Under the pieces are notes generated by a model. That model did no database searches. It saw nothing but the letters and a program-made list of their open reading frames with translations, and was not told the origin of the DNA. DNA of 60,549 nucleotides, from assembly GCA_030265395.1 (NCBI GenBank), contig JARFYF010000022.1:25825427-25885975 (forward strand), written 5' to 3'. The first letter of the stretch is position 1; each line of letters begins with the position of its first letter. This DNA comes from Rhina ancylostomus (taxonomy: Eukaryota). A program made the position numbers and the translations under genes. This document shows, piece by piece, positions 13,691 through 28,089 of this stretch.

Positions 13691-14917
13691 GTGAAAAATT
13701 TAAAAAAAACTGCAGATGCTGGAAATCAGAAATAAAAAAACCCAGAAAATGACACGAAAGCTGAGCAAATCAAACAACACTTGTGACTTCTTTCCCACTT
13801 GTTATGGTCTTTCACCTGAAATGTTATCTCTGGTTCTGTTTCCACAGATACTGATGAGTGCTTTCCAGAATTTTTATATCTGGGGAAAGAAAGTTGTTGA
13901 TGGATCATTTGCAGGCTGTGAATTGTTCGCAGGGATCAATGCTGGGTCCCAGCTGTTTGTCATCTATATCAGTGATTTGACTGAGGGATGAGGGAATCAA
14001 ATCAAATCTATCTGAAGTAAAGTCAGAAAATGCTGGAAACACTCAGCAAGTCGGGTAGCATCTGTGGAAAGAGAAACAGTTCACCTAATCAGGTTCAAGA
14101 GCCTTCATCAGAACTGGGAAAGAAAGAAAACAAGTTAGTTTTGAATGGCAGAGAAGACAGAGGGAATTAATGGCCTCCAACTTCCATTTTTTATGTGTTC
14201 ATGTTAAGTTCATTGAGCATTTGGACAATGTTGTTCGGTCAGCAGCAAGAATAAGTGCAATTTTAGTCCATGCTGAATATTGGCTAATCTCCTTACAAAC
14301 TTCCATTTGTATAACGTTTACATCCTAACTATTTTCACATTAACATAATCAAATTTGACATTGTCTTAGAAGAGTAAAGAGCGGTTAAAAAGGCAAAAAT
14401 GTAGGAGGGAATTCCATGGTTTGGGGGGTCAAGCAGCTGAAAGCAAGGAAGGCAATAATCAGAGAATAAAGCAGTTAATCAGAGAAAGAGGCCAAACGCT
14501 AAGGCCTCTTAGATAGTTGTCGAACTAGATGAGATAGGGACAGGTGAGGATCAAAAAGCGTTTGACATCCAGGATGAGAACTTCAAAACTGGAGTTTTGC
14601 TTATCGAGGCACCAAAGCAGATCAACAACATGAGATTTTGGGTAAATGTGCCTTGGTGCAAATTGTTGGCAGCAGAGTTTTGGATGAGTTAAAACAAATG
14701 AAAACAGAAAGTTGGGCTCCCAGCCAAACACACTATGGAGTTTCAAAGACTGAAGGTAACAAAGACATAACTGAGTGTTTTAGCTGCAGGTGTGTTGAGG
14801 CAGGCACAGAATCTGTTGATGTTACAGACATGCTCAGAAGAAATTATAGATAGAACAGATATAACACCACAGTTGTGAAAAGACTGGTTCAGTTTCGGAC
14901 ATTTGTTGTGGACCTGG

Positions 14918-14944
14918 GTGTGTGTGTGTGTGTGAGAGAGAGAG
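14918..14944. repeat. (GT)n(GA)n compound microsatellite
   Basis: gtgtgt... followed directly by gagaga... Confidence 0.9.
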
Positions 14945-17781
14945 GGAGGGATCAAAAAAAAGACCTTGGCCTTCCCAATATTTCATTCAGCCAAGTATTG
15001 GCTCATTCAGATATTCAACAAGCAGGCTTGGCGACTTAGGAAAGTTGGAGGGTCAAGAGAGGTGACAGCAAGTTAGAGCTGGGTGTGGAAACCAGTGTAA
15101 TGCTTTTGGATGATACTGAATAACTGCTATTGTGTTGCAGTGTTGGCTGCACCAGCCAAATCACTGTAATCTGGCTGCATTTACCAACAAATCCAGGAAC
15201 CTTTGCACTCTGCTGCCCTTTTTAGACTACATTTTAGAGAACCAGTTGTTGCTGTTGCCATCAGCCATGTCAGACTTGTTTGCAGGGAGTTAATAGAACT
15301 AATACAACATCATGAATTCTGTAAACAAACTGTACAGGAAAGGAAGAAAAGGCCACACACACTGGGCAATTTTCCCACTGGAAGTATTGTAAATGTTATT
15401 TGATCTGCAGACAAAATAAGTTTAGCAAATAATATTAATAATATATACAATGCATATTTGTTAATCAAGTATTTAAAATAATTTGGATTTGCTTTATTTT
15501 AATTGTGATTGATAATTCATTAACTTATAATAAGGTAAATTTTTAATTTTATGCTTGTTTCTAAATTTGATAGTTGCCTACCAGTTCTTAACAAGCTCCA
15601 AGTATAATTTTATTTCCTTTCACTGTCCTTTTTCCCAGCCAATATACCTTAATCCCAATTCCAATATCCTGTGGCATTTTCACACCCTCTTGAATGAAAC
15701 TTTTCAAAAAGTACAAACAGGAAAATATGGACCAACTAACCAAGTGATTATTATGACTAACCTTCAGAGTTTGTTATATGAAGTGAAATTATTGAAAACT
15801 TTCTGAACCTTAGTGTAATCAGAGAATCGCATGAATTTCAAAGAAGAAAATGGTGCTTGACAAATAAAGAAATGTTGCTGTTTGTTATAGTGTATGAATT
15901 TTCAGGTGTTTTTTTAACATGCCTCATAGGGGCTAGTTATGAAATTTTGTATCTGTGGCATTAAAAGAAATTAATAGAATAAATCAAAAAACAGCATATG
16001 AAGCAGTATCAGTGCAGAAAATCAGAATCGGGTTAATTATCGCTGACCTATGGCCTGAAGAGGAGTTGACATTTCACGTCACCCTTCATCAGAACAGTTC
16101 TCTGTCCACAGATACTGCCTGACTTGCTGAGTAGTGCCAATGTTGTTCATTTTATTTCTGATTTTCACAGTATTTAGCTTTTGAAATTGGTAAATGTTGC
16201 CTGGTAGAAAACACTGAATAGTAGCAGGTAGAGCTTTTTGTGGAGAGCTGGGCATAGATGACCCTGCTGGAAGCTCCTTTTTGCCAAACTTGTGATCTGG
16301 ACATGGTTGCAAGAAGATTAACTGGAAACTTACTACTGATAGCAAAGTAACAAAATACAGTCTTTAAGAGATAATACAGGAGTAAACAAGATTGTATGGA
16401 AAGTAAAATTGATGAAGACTGAATGAAGGGAAATGCAATCATTGTGAAGTGGCACAGTTTTGCAAAAGGATGCTGTGACAAAATTTGTAGAATCCATAAC
16501 TGGATAGAACAGATCAATTTGAGGTTGCATTTACATTGATTGTTGGGAATGCAAATAGAGAAGATCATAAAATGGCAAGTGGCAATAATTTGCTGCCTCA
16601 AAATATATGCAATTTATGAAATGTAGAAATAAATCATTATTGCTGAATCTTTATGAGACGTTGTATTTGGCCACACTTGCAACAGAAATACTGGTAACAC
16701 CTTCTGGTCTCCTTATTTAAAGAAAGATACAGAAAAAAGAAGGATGAAGTGAAAGTTCACTGGAATGTTAACAGAAAAAAAAGTTATGAGAATTGGAACT
16801 CTGAATCATTTTAACCAGGATGTGACAGTTTGAAAGCATCAGGTAGAAATTTTCAAAACTCAAACTGATTTTGAAAATGAAAAGAATTAAGATTTTTATT
16901 GAAATCAATGACAAATCTAGACTGAAAATTATTTCTCAAGGGAAATTGAAGAAAAATCTTCTCATACAAAATAGTTGAACTTGGAAGTCATAATTTGGTT
17001 TTAACTCCATTTTTGATTAATTAAGCAGATAGTGCTGGCATCCAATTGGATTTCCTGCAAAAATCATGTAATTATCTAAAAATACTTTAGAAATTGTAGT
17101 ATGGTGGTTCATACCCAGAATCATGTTCTAAAACGGGACTTGTGTGGTTCCAGATGGGACCTGACCAAGTTTAGCTCAGTTGGAAACACTTTGCTATGCA
17201 GCAGTCATGGAGGAGTGTCAGCTCTTTAAGGCACACTCTCTGTGGCAACAAGTCAGCAACAAAACACCATGAGAGGGAGAGAACTCCAGTTCTCTGGTGG
17301 CTGAGACCAGGAGGAAGGTCTGGTGTTCTAAGGGTTCAGGAGACCTGTTAGGGTCACCCTTCAAAACGTGTGGTGGGAATTAGCAACAATTGTCTTCTGG
17401 TTTGAGAATCCTCATACTGTGGAGAAATTTGAGATGAAATTTTAAGAGATAATGAAATATTAAATGTAAATATTAAATTTAAGATGTAATAATGAAATAT
17501 TAAATCTTAAAACCTGCAGACAACTGGTGCACATCAGGATTCCACAAACAAAGTAAACTACATGTTTCCAGCATTTTCTGTTTTTATTTCAGATCTCTAG
17601 CATCTGCACTTTGTTTTAATTTTTACTCCCATAATGGGAAGGAAATTACAGGTTTCAGATCCAGATGGCTAAGTGGTGATATATTTCCACATCAGGATAA
17701 TGTGTGTGGGGCTGCACTCATCCAAGCAAGCGGAGAGCAATCCATCATGTTCCCGACTCGTGCCCTGTAGATAATGAAAAG

Positions 17782-19090
17782 TCAGAATCAGGTTTATCAT
17801 CACTGACATATGTTGTGAAATTTGTTGTTTAGTGGCAGCGGTACAGTGTAAGGCATAAAGACATAACATTTACTATAAGTTACAAAAATAAATAAATACT
17901 GTAAAAGAGGAATAACGAGGTAGGGTTCATGGACTGTTCAGAAATCTGATGGTGGAGGGGAAGAAGCTGTCCCTGAAACGTTGAGTGTGAAACGTTCAAG
18001 CTCCTGTATCTTCTCCTCAATGGTAGTAACATGAAGAGGGCATGTCCTGGGTGGTGAGGGTACTTAATGATAGATGCTGCCTTCTTGAGGTACCGCCTCT
18101 TGAAAATGTCCTTGATGGTGGAGCGGGTTGTGTCTGTGGTGGAGCTGGCTGAGTCTACGACCCTCTGCAGCCTCTTTCGATCTCCTCATTGGAGCCTCTA
18201 TACCAGGCAGTGATACAACCAATCAGAATGCTCGCCATTGTACATCTGTAGAAATTTGCAAGAGTCTTTGATGACATACCAAATCTCCTCAAACTCCTAA
18301 TGAAGCAGAGCCATTGGCGTGCCTTCTTTGTGATTGCATCAGTGTGTTGGGCCCAAGATAGATACTCTGAGATGTTGACGCCCAGGAACTTGAAGCTGCT
18401 CACCCTTTCCACCACCCTACCATCAATGAAGACTGATGTGTGTTCTCCTGACTTCCCCTTCCTGAAGTTCACAATCAAGTCCTTGGTCTTACTGACATTG
18501 AGTGCGAGATTGTNNNNNNNNNNNNNNNNNNNNNNNNNNNNNNNNNNNNNNNNNNNNNNNNNNNNNNNNNNNNNNNNNNNNNNNNNNNNNNNNNNNNNNN
18601 NNNNNNNNNNNNNCTACCATCAATGAAGACTGATGTGTGTTCTCCTGACTTCCCCTTCCTGAAGTTCACAATCAATTCCTTGGTCTTACTGACATTGAGT
18701 GCGAGATTGTTGTTGCGACACCATTCAACCAACCTACCTCACTGATCTATCTCATTCCTGTATGCCTCCTCATCGCCAACTGGGATTCCGCCAATAAGTC
18801 ATCGGCAAATTTCTAGATGGCATTTGAGCTTTGCCTAGCCACACAGATATGAGTGTAGAGAGAGTAGAGTAGAGGGATAAGCACGCACTTTTGAGGTGTG
18901 CCTGTGTTGATTGTCAGAGGAGTAGATGTTACTACCGATCTGCACTGAGTGTGGCCTCCCAATAAGGAAGTCAAGGATCCAGAGGGAGGTAGAGGCCCAA
19001 GTTTTGAAGCTTGTTGATTAGTGCTGAGGAGATGATGATGTTGGATGCCAAACTGTAATAAATAAACAGCAGCCTGATGTATGTTTTACT
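17782..19090 (-). mobile_element. Rex1/Babar-type LINE 3' part
   Basis: WCRNNNLALNVSKTKELIVNFRK...SFKFLGV...LRRFGMS...FYRCT..SILIGCITAWY. Confidence 0.88.
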
Positions 19091-19099
19091 GTTTTTTTA

Positions 19100-20240
19100 A
19101 ATCTTTTTCCTGACTTTGGGATGTCAGGAAGTGAATCATCAGCACTGGATACCCAGCCTCTGAACTGGTGTCGAAGGCCTAGTATTTATGTCACTGGTTC
19201 AATTAAGCCTCTGGTCAAGGATGACTCCTAGGATGCTGGTGTCTGGTGACTCAGTAGTGGTAGTGCAAATGTCAAGGATAGATGATTAGGTTCTCCTTTG
19301 TTAGGATGGTCATTGTCTGATGCATTCAGGTCATGAAAATTACTTGCTATCTCTCAGTCCTTGAATATTTTCCAGGTCTTCTTCATGTAGACATGGACTG
19401 CTTCATTTTCTAAAGGATTGAACATTGAGAAATCATCAGCAGGTATCCCTACTTCTGACCCTGTGATGGAAAGAAGGTAATCAATCAAGCCCCTGAAGAT
19501 GGTTGTGCCTCGGAACACCCATGGCAATGCCCTGGGGTTGGGAACATTTACCTCCAACAACCACAACCATGTTCCTTTGTGCTACGTTTTATGCCCACTG
19601 ACTTCAGTTTTGCCAGTGCTCCATGATGCCACACTCCACTCGGTCAAATATTGCCTGAAGTCAAAAACAGTCAGTCTCACATCAGCTCTGCAGTTCAGCT
19701 CTTTAGTCCATATTTGGACAACTTCTTCCTTTATTCAGCTGATGTTTGAGAAAAAACTGATTTGGGTGATAATTAACTGGATCGTAATTATTTGTTTTTT
19801 TGTGAACAGGATATACCTGGGCAATTTTCTACATTGTCAGATAGACGCCAGTATTGTAACTCTACTGGAATAGTTTGGATCAAGGCACAGCTAATTTTGG
19901 AGTGCAACTCCATAATACTATAGTGTGAATGTTGTCTGGTCCCATAGACTTTGCTGTATCTGCTTCTGTCAGCCATTTATTGACATCATGTGGAGTGCAT
20001 CAAATTGGCTGATGACTGACTTCTGTGATGGTGAGGAACTCAGGAAGAAGCTGAGGTGAATCATCCACGAAGCATTTCTGCTCAAACATGATTAAAATTG
20101 CTTCAGCCTTATCTTTACATTGAGGAGGAAAATTTTCTCAGAACAACTTCCATTATTTGTTCTGTTGTCCCCCACCACTTACAATTGGATATGACAGGAC
20201 TGCAGGGCTTTCATCTGAGCTCCTGATTATGAGATTGTTT
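19100..20240 (-). mobile_element. Decayed LINE fragment; family uncertain, boundaries approximate
   Basis: RT-like remnants (ADD-like motif in ORF 19354-19566); resembles the element at 1130-1900 in reverse. Confidence 0.45.
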
Positions 20241-21077
20241 GCCTAGTATGTAGTCCTGGGGTTATTTGTTCAAATGTTTCAAGCAGCGCTTCAGTCCATG
20301 AACTGACTTTGAAATGTGGTCTATCTGCAGAGCTGAGGCAAATGATTGATTAAGGTATAATGCTGGTTCTGACTAAGTTTTAATTCTTGCATAATCTTTG
20401 CCTACTTCAGCAAATACACTATTTCACTTGTACTCAGAAAAGATCCTGAATAATTCGTTACATCCTGAGTGCTTGACCATCAAGTAGCAGTTTATTATTA
20501 ATGGTAAGTCTACCCTTACCATTGCTAGACAAACATTTGTCAATGCAAAAATTAAACTGGCTCTTGCATGCTTTACCTACCAAGTTGGACATACAGATCT
20601 GTAGTTGATAGTCCTTGTTTAACCTTGCTTTTTAATAGCATTTTCATTATTTTAAATTCTGTTTTTTGATAGATATATTCATAATAAAGTTAAAAATATT
20701 GAATTTTGTTTTGTTTCAGATGAACTGGGTTCACATGGTCTCAACAGAGAAAAATATGAAAAACATGTGCCATAACTAAATTATAAATTAAGCATATTTT
20801 AATCTCTTGAGTGGTTGTGGTTTTAACTGTGGAAATTAAATTTGCTTCCTGTTTTCATCTTCCTTCCACAAACATTCTGAGCCAATTGTTTCCCCAGCTC
20901 AGTTGGGACTTGCCGTTGGATTGGTGCCTTGTAGGCAAAATGATATGAAGCATACCAAGCTCTGTATGGGCAGTAATAGGTCTTACCACATGAGCTGACA
21001 TTGAAAAATGACAGTTTGGAGCTGTTTAATCCTGTCTTTTTCTCTGACCTGGATACTTTTGTGTCTGCTTTCAACAG

Positions 21078-21294
21078 GTAATCAATGTAGATGGAACAGG
21101 CCGTAGAACACTTGTGGAAGATAAACTTCCTCACATATTTGGGTTCACTTTATTGGGTGATTACATCTACTGGACTGACTGGCAGCGTCGGAGCATTGAA
21201 CGTGTTCATAAGCACCGTGCAGAGAGGGAAATAATCATTGATCAGCTACCGGACCTAATGGGATTGAAGGCAACAAGGGTTACTAAAGCATTTG
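21078..21294 (+). CDS. LRP5: LRP5 exon (human exon 8 equivalent), end of beta-propeller 2
   Basis: cag|GTA...G|gtatgt; 217 nt; [43 protein letters not shown]...[12 protein letters not shown], with a YWTD repeat. Confidence 0.96.
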
Positions 21295-21803
21295 GTATGT
21301 TATCTTGGTGGATGAGCATTACTTGAGCTCATGGAAATATCATTCAGGGTCTCTGCCTTTATTGTTGACTATTGACCACTTTTCCAAACTGCAATTTGCG
21401 CTGGTTTGGTTCTCCTTTTGCTGAAGTCATGACACACATTTCCATCAGGTGCCAAGTAATTTGTGGGTGATTATTCTTCACACATAAAGACAAGATAGCT
21501 TCCATGGCTTCAGAGTTGAATATCTTGCCAATCCTTTATGTCTACACCAGCATATGGAGAATAGTGGGCTGGAATATCCCTCATATTGGTCTCTCCTGGA
21601 TACCAACAGTCTGAGTGAACTTCACATATTCAGAGGGGTCTGCTGCTTCTCTTCTCAACACAAGAATATTGTTTACAGATGTGCACTATCCCCATTGCGG
21701 AAGAACTGCAAAATTAAGTCACAAATTGCTATATGTCCTTAGTAATTTTTTTTGATGTAGTGAATTCCTTAATTAATAATGTTATTGTATATTACTGTTA
21801 CAG

Positions 21804-22093
21804 GAACAAACCCCTGTTCAGAGAATAATGGTGGCTGCAGCCACCTATGTCTGTATGTGCCTCAGGGTCCACGATGTGCCTGTCCAATGGGCCTGGAGTT
21901 AATAATGGACATGAAAACTTGCATTGTACCCGAAGCCTTCCTCTTGTTCTCCAGTAGGGCAGATATCCGTAGAATTTCCTTGGAAACCAACAACAATGAT
22001 GTGGCAATTCCATTAACAGGAGTGAAAGAAGCATCTGCTCTTGACTTTGATGTTTCTGATAACAGAATTTATTGGACGGACATTAGTTTGAAG
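21804..22093 (+). CDS. LRP5: LRP5 exon 9 equivalent, EGF2 and start of propeller 3
   Basis: cag|GA...AAG|gtaac; 290 nt; [17 protein letters not shown]...PEAFLLF...IYWTDISLK. Confidence 0.97.
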
Positions 22094-22965
22094 GTAACAA
22101 ATAGTCATCTGTTCTTAAAATACTTGAGAATTTTTTGTATATTAAGAAAAGGGTTTAGCTTTGAAATGTATCAGTGAAACCAAGAGCAAGATTAGACAAG
22201 GTGACTTCTGCAGAGACTGCAAAGGACTTGTGGATTGAATGGCCGATTTCTGCATTGTAATATTGAATGGTTATGTTTTAAAAAAACACAGAAATATCAT
22301 TATTAAAACTCTTGCATATGAGGTCATTTCTAATTAAATAAATTATATATGCTCATACACAAAATAGATACAGGTCACAATTGCCAGTAATATATTGAAT
22401 TAATAAATTTGATTCAGGATAAATAGGGACTGAAGAGCTATTTCTTTGGAAAGGTTATGGTTTGGCAGAGGAACTCCCCGAAAATATAAACAATATTTTT
22501 TAATGTGGAAATTATGTCATTATTTTCCAGTTAGTTCAACTATTGTTTTGAAGGGAGCCTGTACAATCAACTAGACCAACAAATCAAGTTTCAATGATTT
22601 ATAGCATGTTTCTAATTGAGAATTTTGGCTATTCCATTGCATTTACATTGCATGAAGATAAATGTTTAATTTTTTGGCAGTTTCATAATTCATATAAATT
22701 GATAAAATTTGAGAGGTTAAAATTTCCACTTTTAAATGCAAATTTTTGGAGAGAAAGTAAACAGTTTTTGAGTGTTGTTTAGTTTACAAGATGTTTCCCC
22801 TTCTCAAGAAACATTAGGCTAATATTTTGTTTTCTATAGAAAATAAGCAAACATTTGAAGCTTTTGAATGGTGAATAATTAATTTTCTGTTGACTGCTTA
22901 ACATGAAACATTGATTGATAAGTGTAAGGTATTTCATGGTTTTATATTGTTTTCTTCTCTTACAG

Positions 22966-23192
22966 ACCATCAGTCGTGCTTTTATGAATGGAAGCTCCGT
23001 TGAACATGTGATTGAGTTTGGTCTCGATTACCCAGAAGGAATGGCTGTGGACTGGTTGTCAAAAAACCTTTATTGGGCAGACACAGGCACCAATCGAATT
23101 GAGGTGGCACGGCTGGATGGGCAATATCGACAGGTCTTGGTATGGAAAGAGCTGGACAATCCACGGGCTTTAGCTCTTGATCCTTCTGAAGG
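22966..23192 (+). CDS. LRP5: LRP5 exon 10 equivalent
   Basis: cag|ACC...GG|gtaagg; 227 nt; [30 protein letters not shown]...ALDPSEG. Confidence 0.97.
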
Positions 23193-23859
23193 GTAAGGGA
23201 AAGCTTAAGTATGTTACGTTATCACTTGTTCCAAAGGTTAAACGTTTGTTAGAAACTTGATTGTAGGCTTGAAGATAAACTATAATCCTTTGGTTTACAG
23301 AAATAACATTAGCTTGCAAGCGTTGTAACATTTCAGGTTTCATGGGTTATAATTTATAGCTTATTTTGTTTTCATATNNNNNNNNNNNNNNNNNNNNNNN
23401 NNNNNNNNNNNNNNNNNNNNNNNNNNNNNNNNNNNNNNNNNNNNNNNNNNNNNNNNNNNNNNNNNNNNNNNNNNNNNNNNNNNNNNNNNNNNNNNNNNNN
23501 NNNNNNNNNNNNNNNNNNNNNNNNNNNNNNNNNNNNNNNNNNNNNNNNNNNNNNNNNNNNNNNNNNNNNNNNNNNNNNNNNNNNNNNNNNNNNNNNNNNN
23601 NNNNNNNNNNNNNNNNNNNNNNNNNNNNNNNNNNNNNNNNNNNNNNNNNNNNNNNNNNNNNNNNNNNNNNNNNNNNNNNNNNNNNNNNNNNNNNNNNNNN
23701 NNNNNNNNNNNNNNNNNNNNNNNNNNNNNNNNNNNNNNNNNNNNNNNNNNNNNNNNNNNNNNNNNNNNNNNNNNNNNNNNNNNNNNNNNNNNNNNNNNNN
23801 NNNNNNNNNNNNNNNNNNNNNNNNNNNNNNNNNNNNNNNNNNNNNNNNNNNNNNNNNGT

Positions 23860-24140
23860 AAACTCACTGGGCCCCATTTCTTGTGCTCCCTTTAAACTCA
23901 ACAAGGTTTCATTTCCCACAGTCCCTTTATACTCACCCCAGCCCATTTTCTGCACTCCTTTTAAACTCATTAAGGCCAGATTCCCACACTCCTTTTGTAC
24001 TCACTAGGACCCCATTCCCATATCCTTTTTAGACTCACCAGGGCCAACATTCCTATACCTTTTAAATTCACTGGTGCGCTATTTCCCATGCTCTCTTTAA
24101 ACTCTCCAGGACCCTGAGTCTACCGCTCCCTTTAAGGCTC
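23860..24140. repeat. Degenerate minisatellite, ~34 bp unit, ~8 visible copies
   Basis: Recurring AAACTCAC-N-CATTTCCCA-N-CTCCCTTT units abutting a long gap. Confidence 0.8.
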
Positions 24141-25581
24141 ATCTGCTTCACTGATAAACCCATTATATGACTGTGTAACATATTTGAAAATATAGTGTTA
24201 ATACATTAATATCCAGTAGCACAGGAAATTTGCCAGTCCAGCACAACCAAAGTCCTGAGGATGCTAGATTATCTTGGTTTAGTGTTTATAATTAGTTGCA
24301 GTAGATTACAAAGATCAGCTGATTTCAAGTTTTGTGGGGAATCAAACTCAATGGTAGTTCATTGGGGGAATCAGCCTTTACAGCTATTTCCAAGCTGAAC
24401 ATCCAACATCTTAAAAATGATCTTGAATCTCAAGTTATTTGTGCATAGTGCAAGTGATCATCTGAAGCTGCATTCACAAAATTTGCAAACAATAAATCAT
24501 ATTGAATTTGATGCTTTATTTGGGATTTTTCGTGCTGTAAAAGGCAGTTCATTATATCATGCTTGATGCCTGTATAGTCAATTACTCTTTCTAACCTTCT
24601 TAAGATTTGGTTGAGTCAAGATGACAACTGATCTTCTCAACAGTAGGAATGAGCATCTATTTAGAAGAAGAAGAACATACCTAATCTGTTATTAAATCCT
24701 GATTATTAACTGCTTTTGAAAATATTCTTTACAGAATGAGTTTGGGCAATTTGTTTTTTACTGGATGCAAGATGAATAAAACTGCTGCCAATCTGTCAAT
24801 AATTTAACCTTTCAGATGACAGACTTAATTCAGTAATAACACTATTGCCAAATCAGAAAGATGATCATGGGTGCAAGCTTCTCCTCAGACACTTGTGTGT
24901 ATAATTTTGATTGATACATCAATAAAGGAAGTAGCAATGTTGCCACCTTTCAGATATGTTGGGCACTATCTCCGTTCTAGGTGAAAGTAAAGATTCTACC
25001 TTTTTGGAGAATGTGGGATTGTTTTCAAAGGTTAATGTAATCCCTTTACTGAAACAATATTGGTAATCAAGTCAAGTACATTTCTGTTCTGTTTTGGACA
25101 TTGCTGTGCTCAAATGGCAGCCATGCCTCTCCATATTACAACAATGAAGTAAGTTGGAATATCTAAGGTTGTGTGAGGTGCTATACTAATCAAGGTTACT
25201 CCATCATTTTTTATCTAAAATGAAGCAGAACACTTCTTGTAGATTCAACAGGAAGTGCCCTTCTGAGACTAAGCTTAAAGCAGCATATTGGTAACTTAAT
25301 GTTCATACTGGGTGTCCAATGCAACCTATAATTGCAAAGAGAAGATTCATCGTCTTTCTGTGGCAAGTTGTGTATAAATGGACTTACATTGGGTAAAAAA
25401 TTTGGAATAATCCGATGTTTTAACCCAATAACAGTCTGTTTGTATACAACTTGCCATAGAAAGATGAATTTTTGAATGTTTACTTTGGCAGGATCAGTCT
25501 GTTACAATGATGCAGGATCATTTAAGAATATTTTTTTTGCTGCCTCCAAAGTACTTTGATATCTTTGTTTCCCTGCATCAG

Positions 25582-25766
25582 GTACATGTATTGGACTGAA
25601 TGGGGTGGTAAGCCAAGAATTGTCCGCTCCCACATGGATGGCACAAATAGTGCTGCTCTGGTGGACAGAGTGGGGCGTGCTAATGGACTTACCATTGACT
25701 ATGCAGAGAAAAGACTCTATTGGACTGACCTGGATACATCAATGATTGAATCTTCAAATATGCTAG
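25582..25766 (+). CDS. LRP5: LRP5 exon 11 equivalent
   Basis: cag|G...G|gtaaga; 185 nt; [15 protein letters not shown]...[17 protein letters not shown]. Confidence 0.97.
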
Positions 25767-26475
25767 GTAAGAGAAAATTCTAGACTTGGCCCTAAAATGT
25801 TTTGAGATAATGTGAATTATGGCTCTGTTCTGTTGTAATTATTTATCGTTGAAATGGGAACATACATCTTTTTTAAAGGTTCTGTGAATTTTGGCATGTG
25901 TGCTTTTTTGAGTTGTTTCTGAAATTTTGAACTGTGAAAACTCCTGCACATTCTTAATTCCAAGTATTTTGCATACTATATTTTCTATTGAAGCCATCTG
26001 TTCAGAGCAATACAATTTTAAGTTTGATATTCTTCCTTGTGTGCTTGGCAGTTAAACCTTCTCTCATCATATCAAATTTGGGGCCTCCAGCACTGGTACT
26101 CAAAAGGAGGCTTCAGTCATTGGCCTGCTCACACCAGTGTTTAACAGGAAATAGCAGAATTCAAATACCAGCAAGGCATTTTGTTTTTCAGTCTCCATCT
26201 GTGGTCAGTTTCTTTGGATTAAGAGTTGATGAAACAGTCAGCTGCTTTCAGTGAATTTTACTGCTCGAAATTGTTTTTTTTTGTATTTTAAAAGATACTT
26301 AAGCTGTGGCTTTTGAGCCAATATAAATTGATGTTTAACCAAAGTCCACATCTTGAGCTTATCCAAGTCATGCTGACAATTTTGTGTTTGTCTCATGACA
26401 TCTGAAACATTTATGCATTCACATAAATTGGTTGCAAAAGATAATAGTTGATTCTTTTATTATTGGTAAATCAAG

Positions 26476-26799
26476 GACAACAGCGTGAAATCATAGCTGA
26501 TGATCTTCCTCACCCCTTTGGACTAACACAATACCGGGATTACATCTATTGGACTGATTGGAATTTGCGCAGCATTGAGCGTGCTGACAAAATGAATGGA
26601 CAAAACCGAACACTTATTCAAGGACATTTGGACTACGTGATGGACATCTTAGTTTTTCATTCTTCACGGCAAGATGGCTGGAATGAATGTGTGCAGACCA
26701 ATGGACACTGTTCTCATCTTTGCCTGGCTGTGCCAACTGGCTATAGGTGTGGATGTGCATCACATTATGTACTAGATGGCAATAACAGAACTTGCAGCT
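26476..26799 (+). CDS. LRP5: LRP5 exon 12 equivalent, end of propeller 3 and EGF3
   Basis: aag|GA...T|gtaagt; 324 nt; [28 protein letters not shown]...[17 protein letters not shown]. Confidence 0.96.
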
Positions 26800-27886
26800 G
26801 TAAGTCTTTATTTTTGTTCCTTCAAAATTATATTTATCATCTATGAATGCAGCAAATGAAGCATAATGAAAGCACAATTAGCAAAAGTTAGTGAATATTA
26901 AACATTCATACCAGCTGTAACTTTATAAAACTGCTTCAGTGAAATATTGCTATGTTTTTCATTAGAATATTATTAATGCAAATGTCACTGGGTTTGGACA
27001 TTATTCTGCTGTGTCCCTGACTGCAACTGAAATATAACATGATTCACTCTCGGCAATCTACATCACTCAAATGTCAAAGAATTTGCTAACAATATTATGT
27101 TTAAAATAGTGCACACCAAAATTCAAACTGTATATTTAAGGTATCACAATTCACTGCACCAGCTGTTCATTACACCTACACTGGTCTCCAAACTTAATGA
27201 TTTTTTTGGTCCTTGAACTTGAATTATTTAGAAACCAAACAATGCAATGCCCAACACAGCAACCAAGGAAGCTTTGTGAACATGGACTGCAATTATGTGT
27301 TGCCATAATTAATTATATTCAAAAATCTTTATTGAGCCATACAATCTGAATCAAGAAGTACACATCAAAATACCTAATTCAATGCCAGCACATATATAGA
27401 AAGAAGCAGAAAGATAGAAGGAACTGATGGAAAGAAACCTTTTCTTTATATTTTTGAATTACACTCAGAATTATAGTCTAAAGTGTTGATACTCTGCAAC
27501 TGTAAAGGTAAACTTTCAGTGTCAGATGAGTTGTTTGACAATAATTAAGATGTTTAGAAACATGGTTAGAAACTGACTTGCTTTTTTTTCTGATATGGAA
27601 ACCTTTACAAATATTTAATGCAGAGTCTCTAAGTACAACAAAGCAGGAAATTGCTTGAATTCTATGTTTAACTGAGCACAAGCAACCTCTAGAATTTCTG
27701 TCTGATTTATTCTTAAGTAATAGTGAACACTGGTAACCTTGCTCTTATTTTTACATTAAAGTCAAGATCAACATTTTCAGTACTGTTTCAATGTGATTTC
27801 CTCTCACATTATAATTCATTTTAGAAACATTTGGTCTTACAAATTTTTAATCATAATGTTTGTTTAATTTGTCTCTACTATTTTAG

Positions 27887-28089
27887 CACCCATTAGTTTC
27901 TTGCTGTTCAGCCAGAAGACGGCAATTAGTCGCATGATCTTGGATGAGCAACAGAGTCCAGATATAATTTTGCCTGTACATGGTTTGCGAAATGTGAAAG
28001 CAGTAGATTATGATGCTGTTGACAAGTTGATTTACTGGATAGACGGACGCCAAAATATTATCAAAAGAGCTAGAGATGATGGTTCTCAG
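27887..28089 (+). CDS. LRP5: LRP5 exon 13 equivalent, followed by a GC donor
   Basis: tag|CA...CAG|gcaagt; 203 nt; [16 protein letters not shown]...RARDDGSQ; only the GC donor keeps frame with the next exon. Confidence 0.94.

Noticed and set aside
17445-17510. Repeated AATGAAATATTAAAT
   Set aside because: Short AT-rich slippage duplication.
469-21000. Many 60-150 aa ORFs in the first 21 kb
   Set aside because: No recognisable domains other than LINE remnants, many span N gaps, and I saw no upstream LRP5 exon. Treated as intron.
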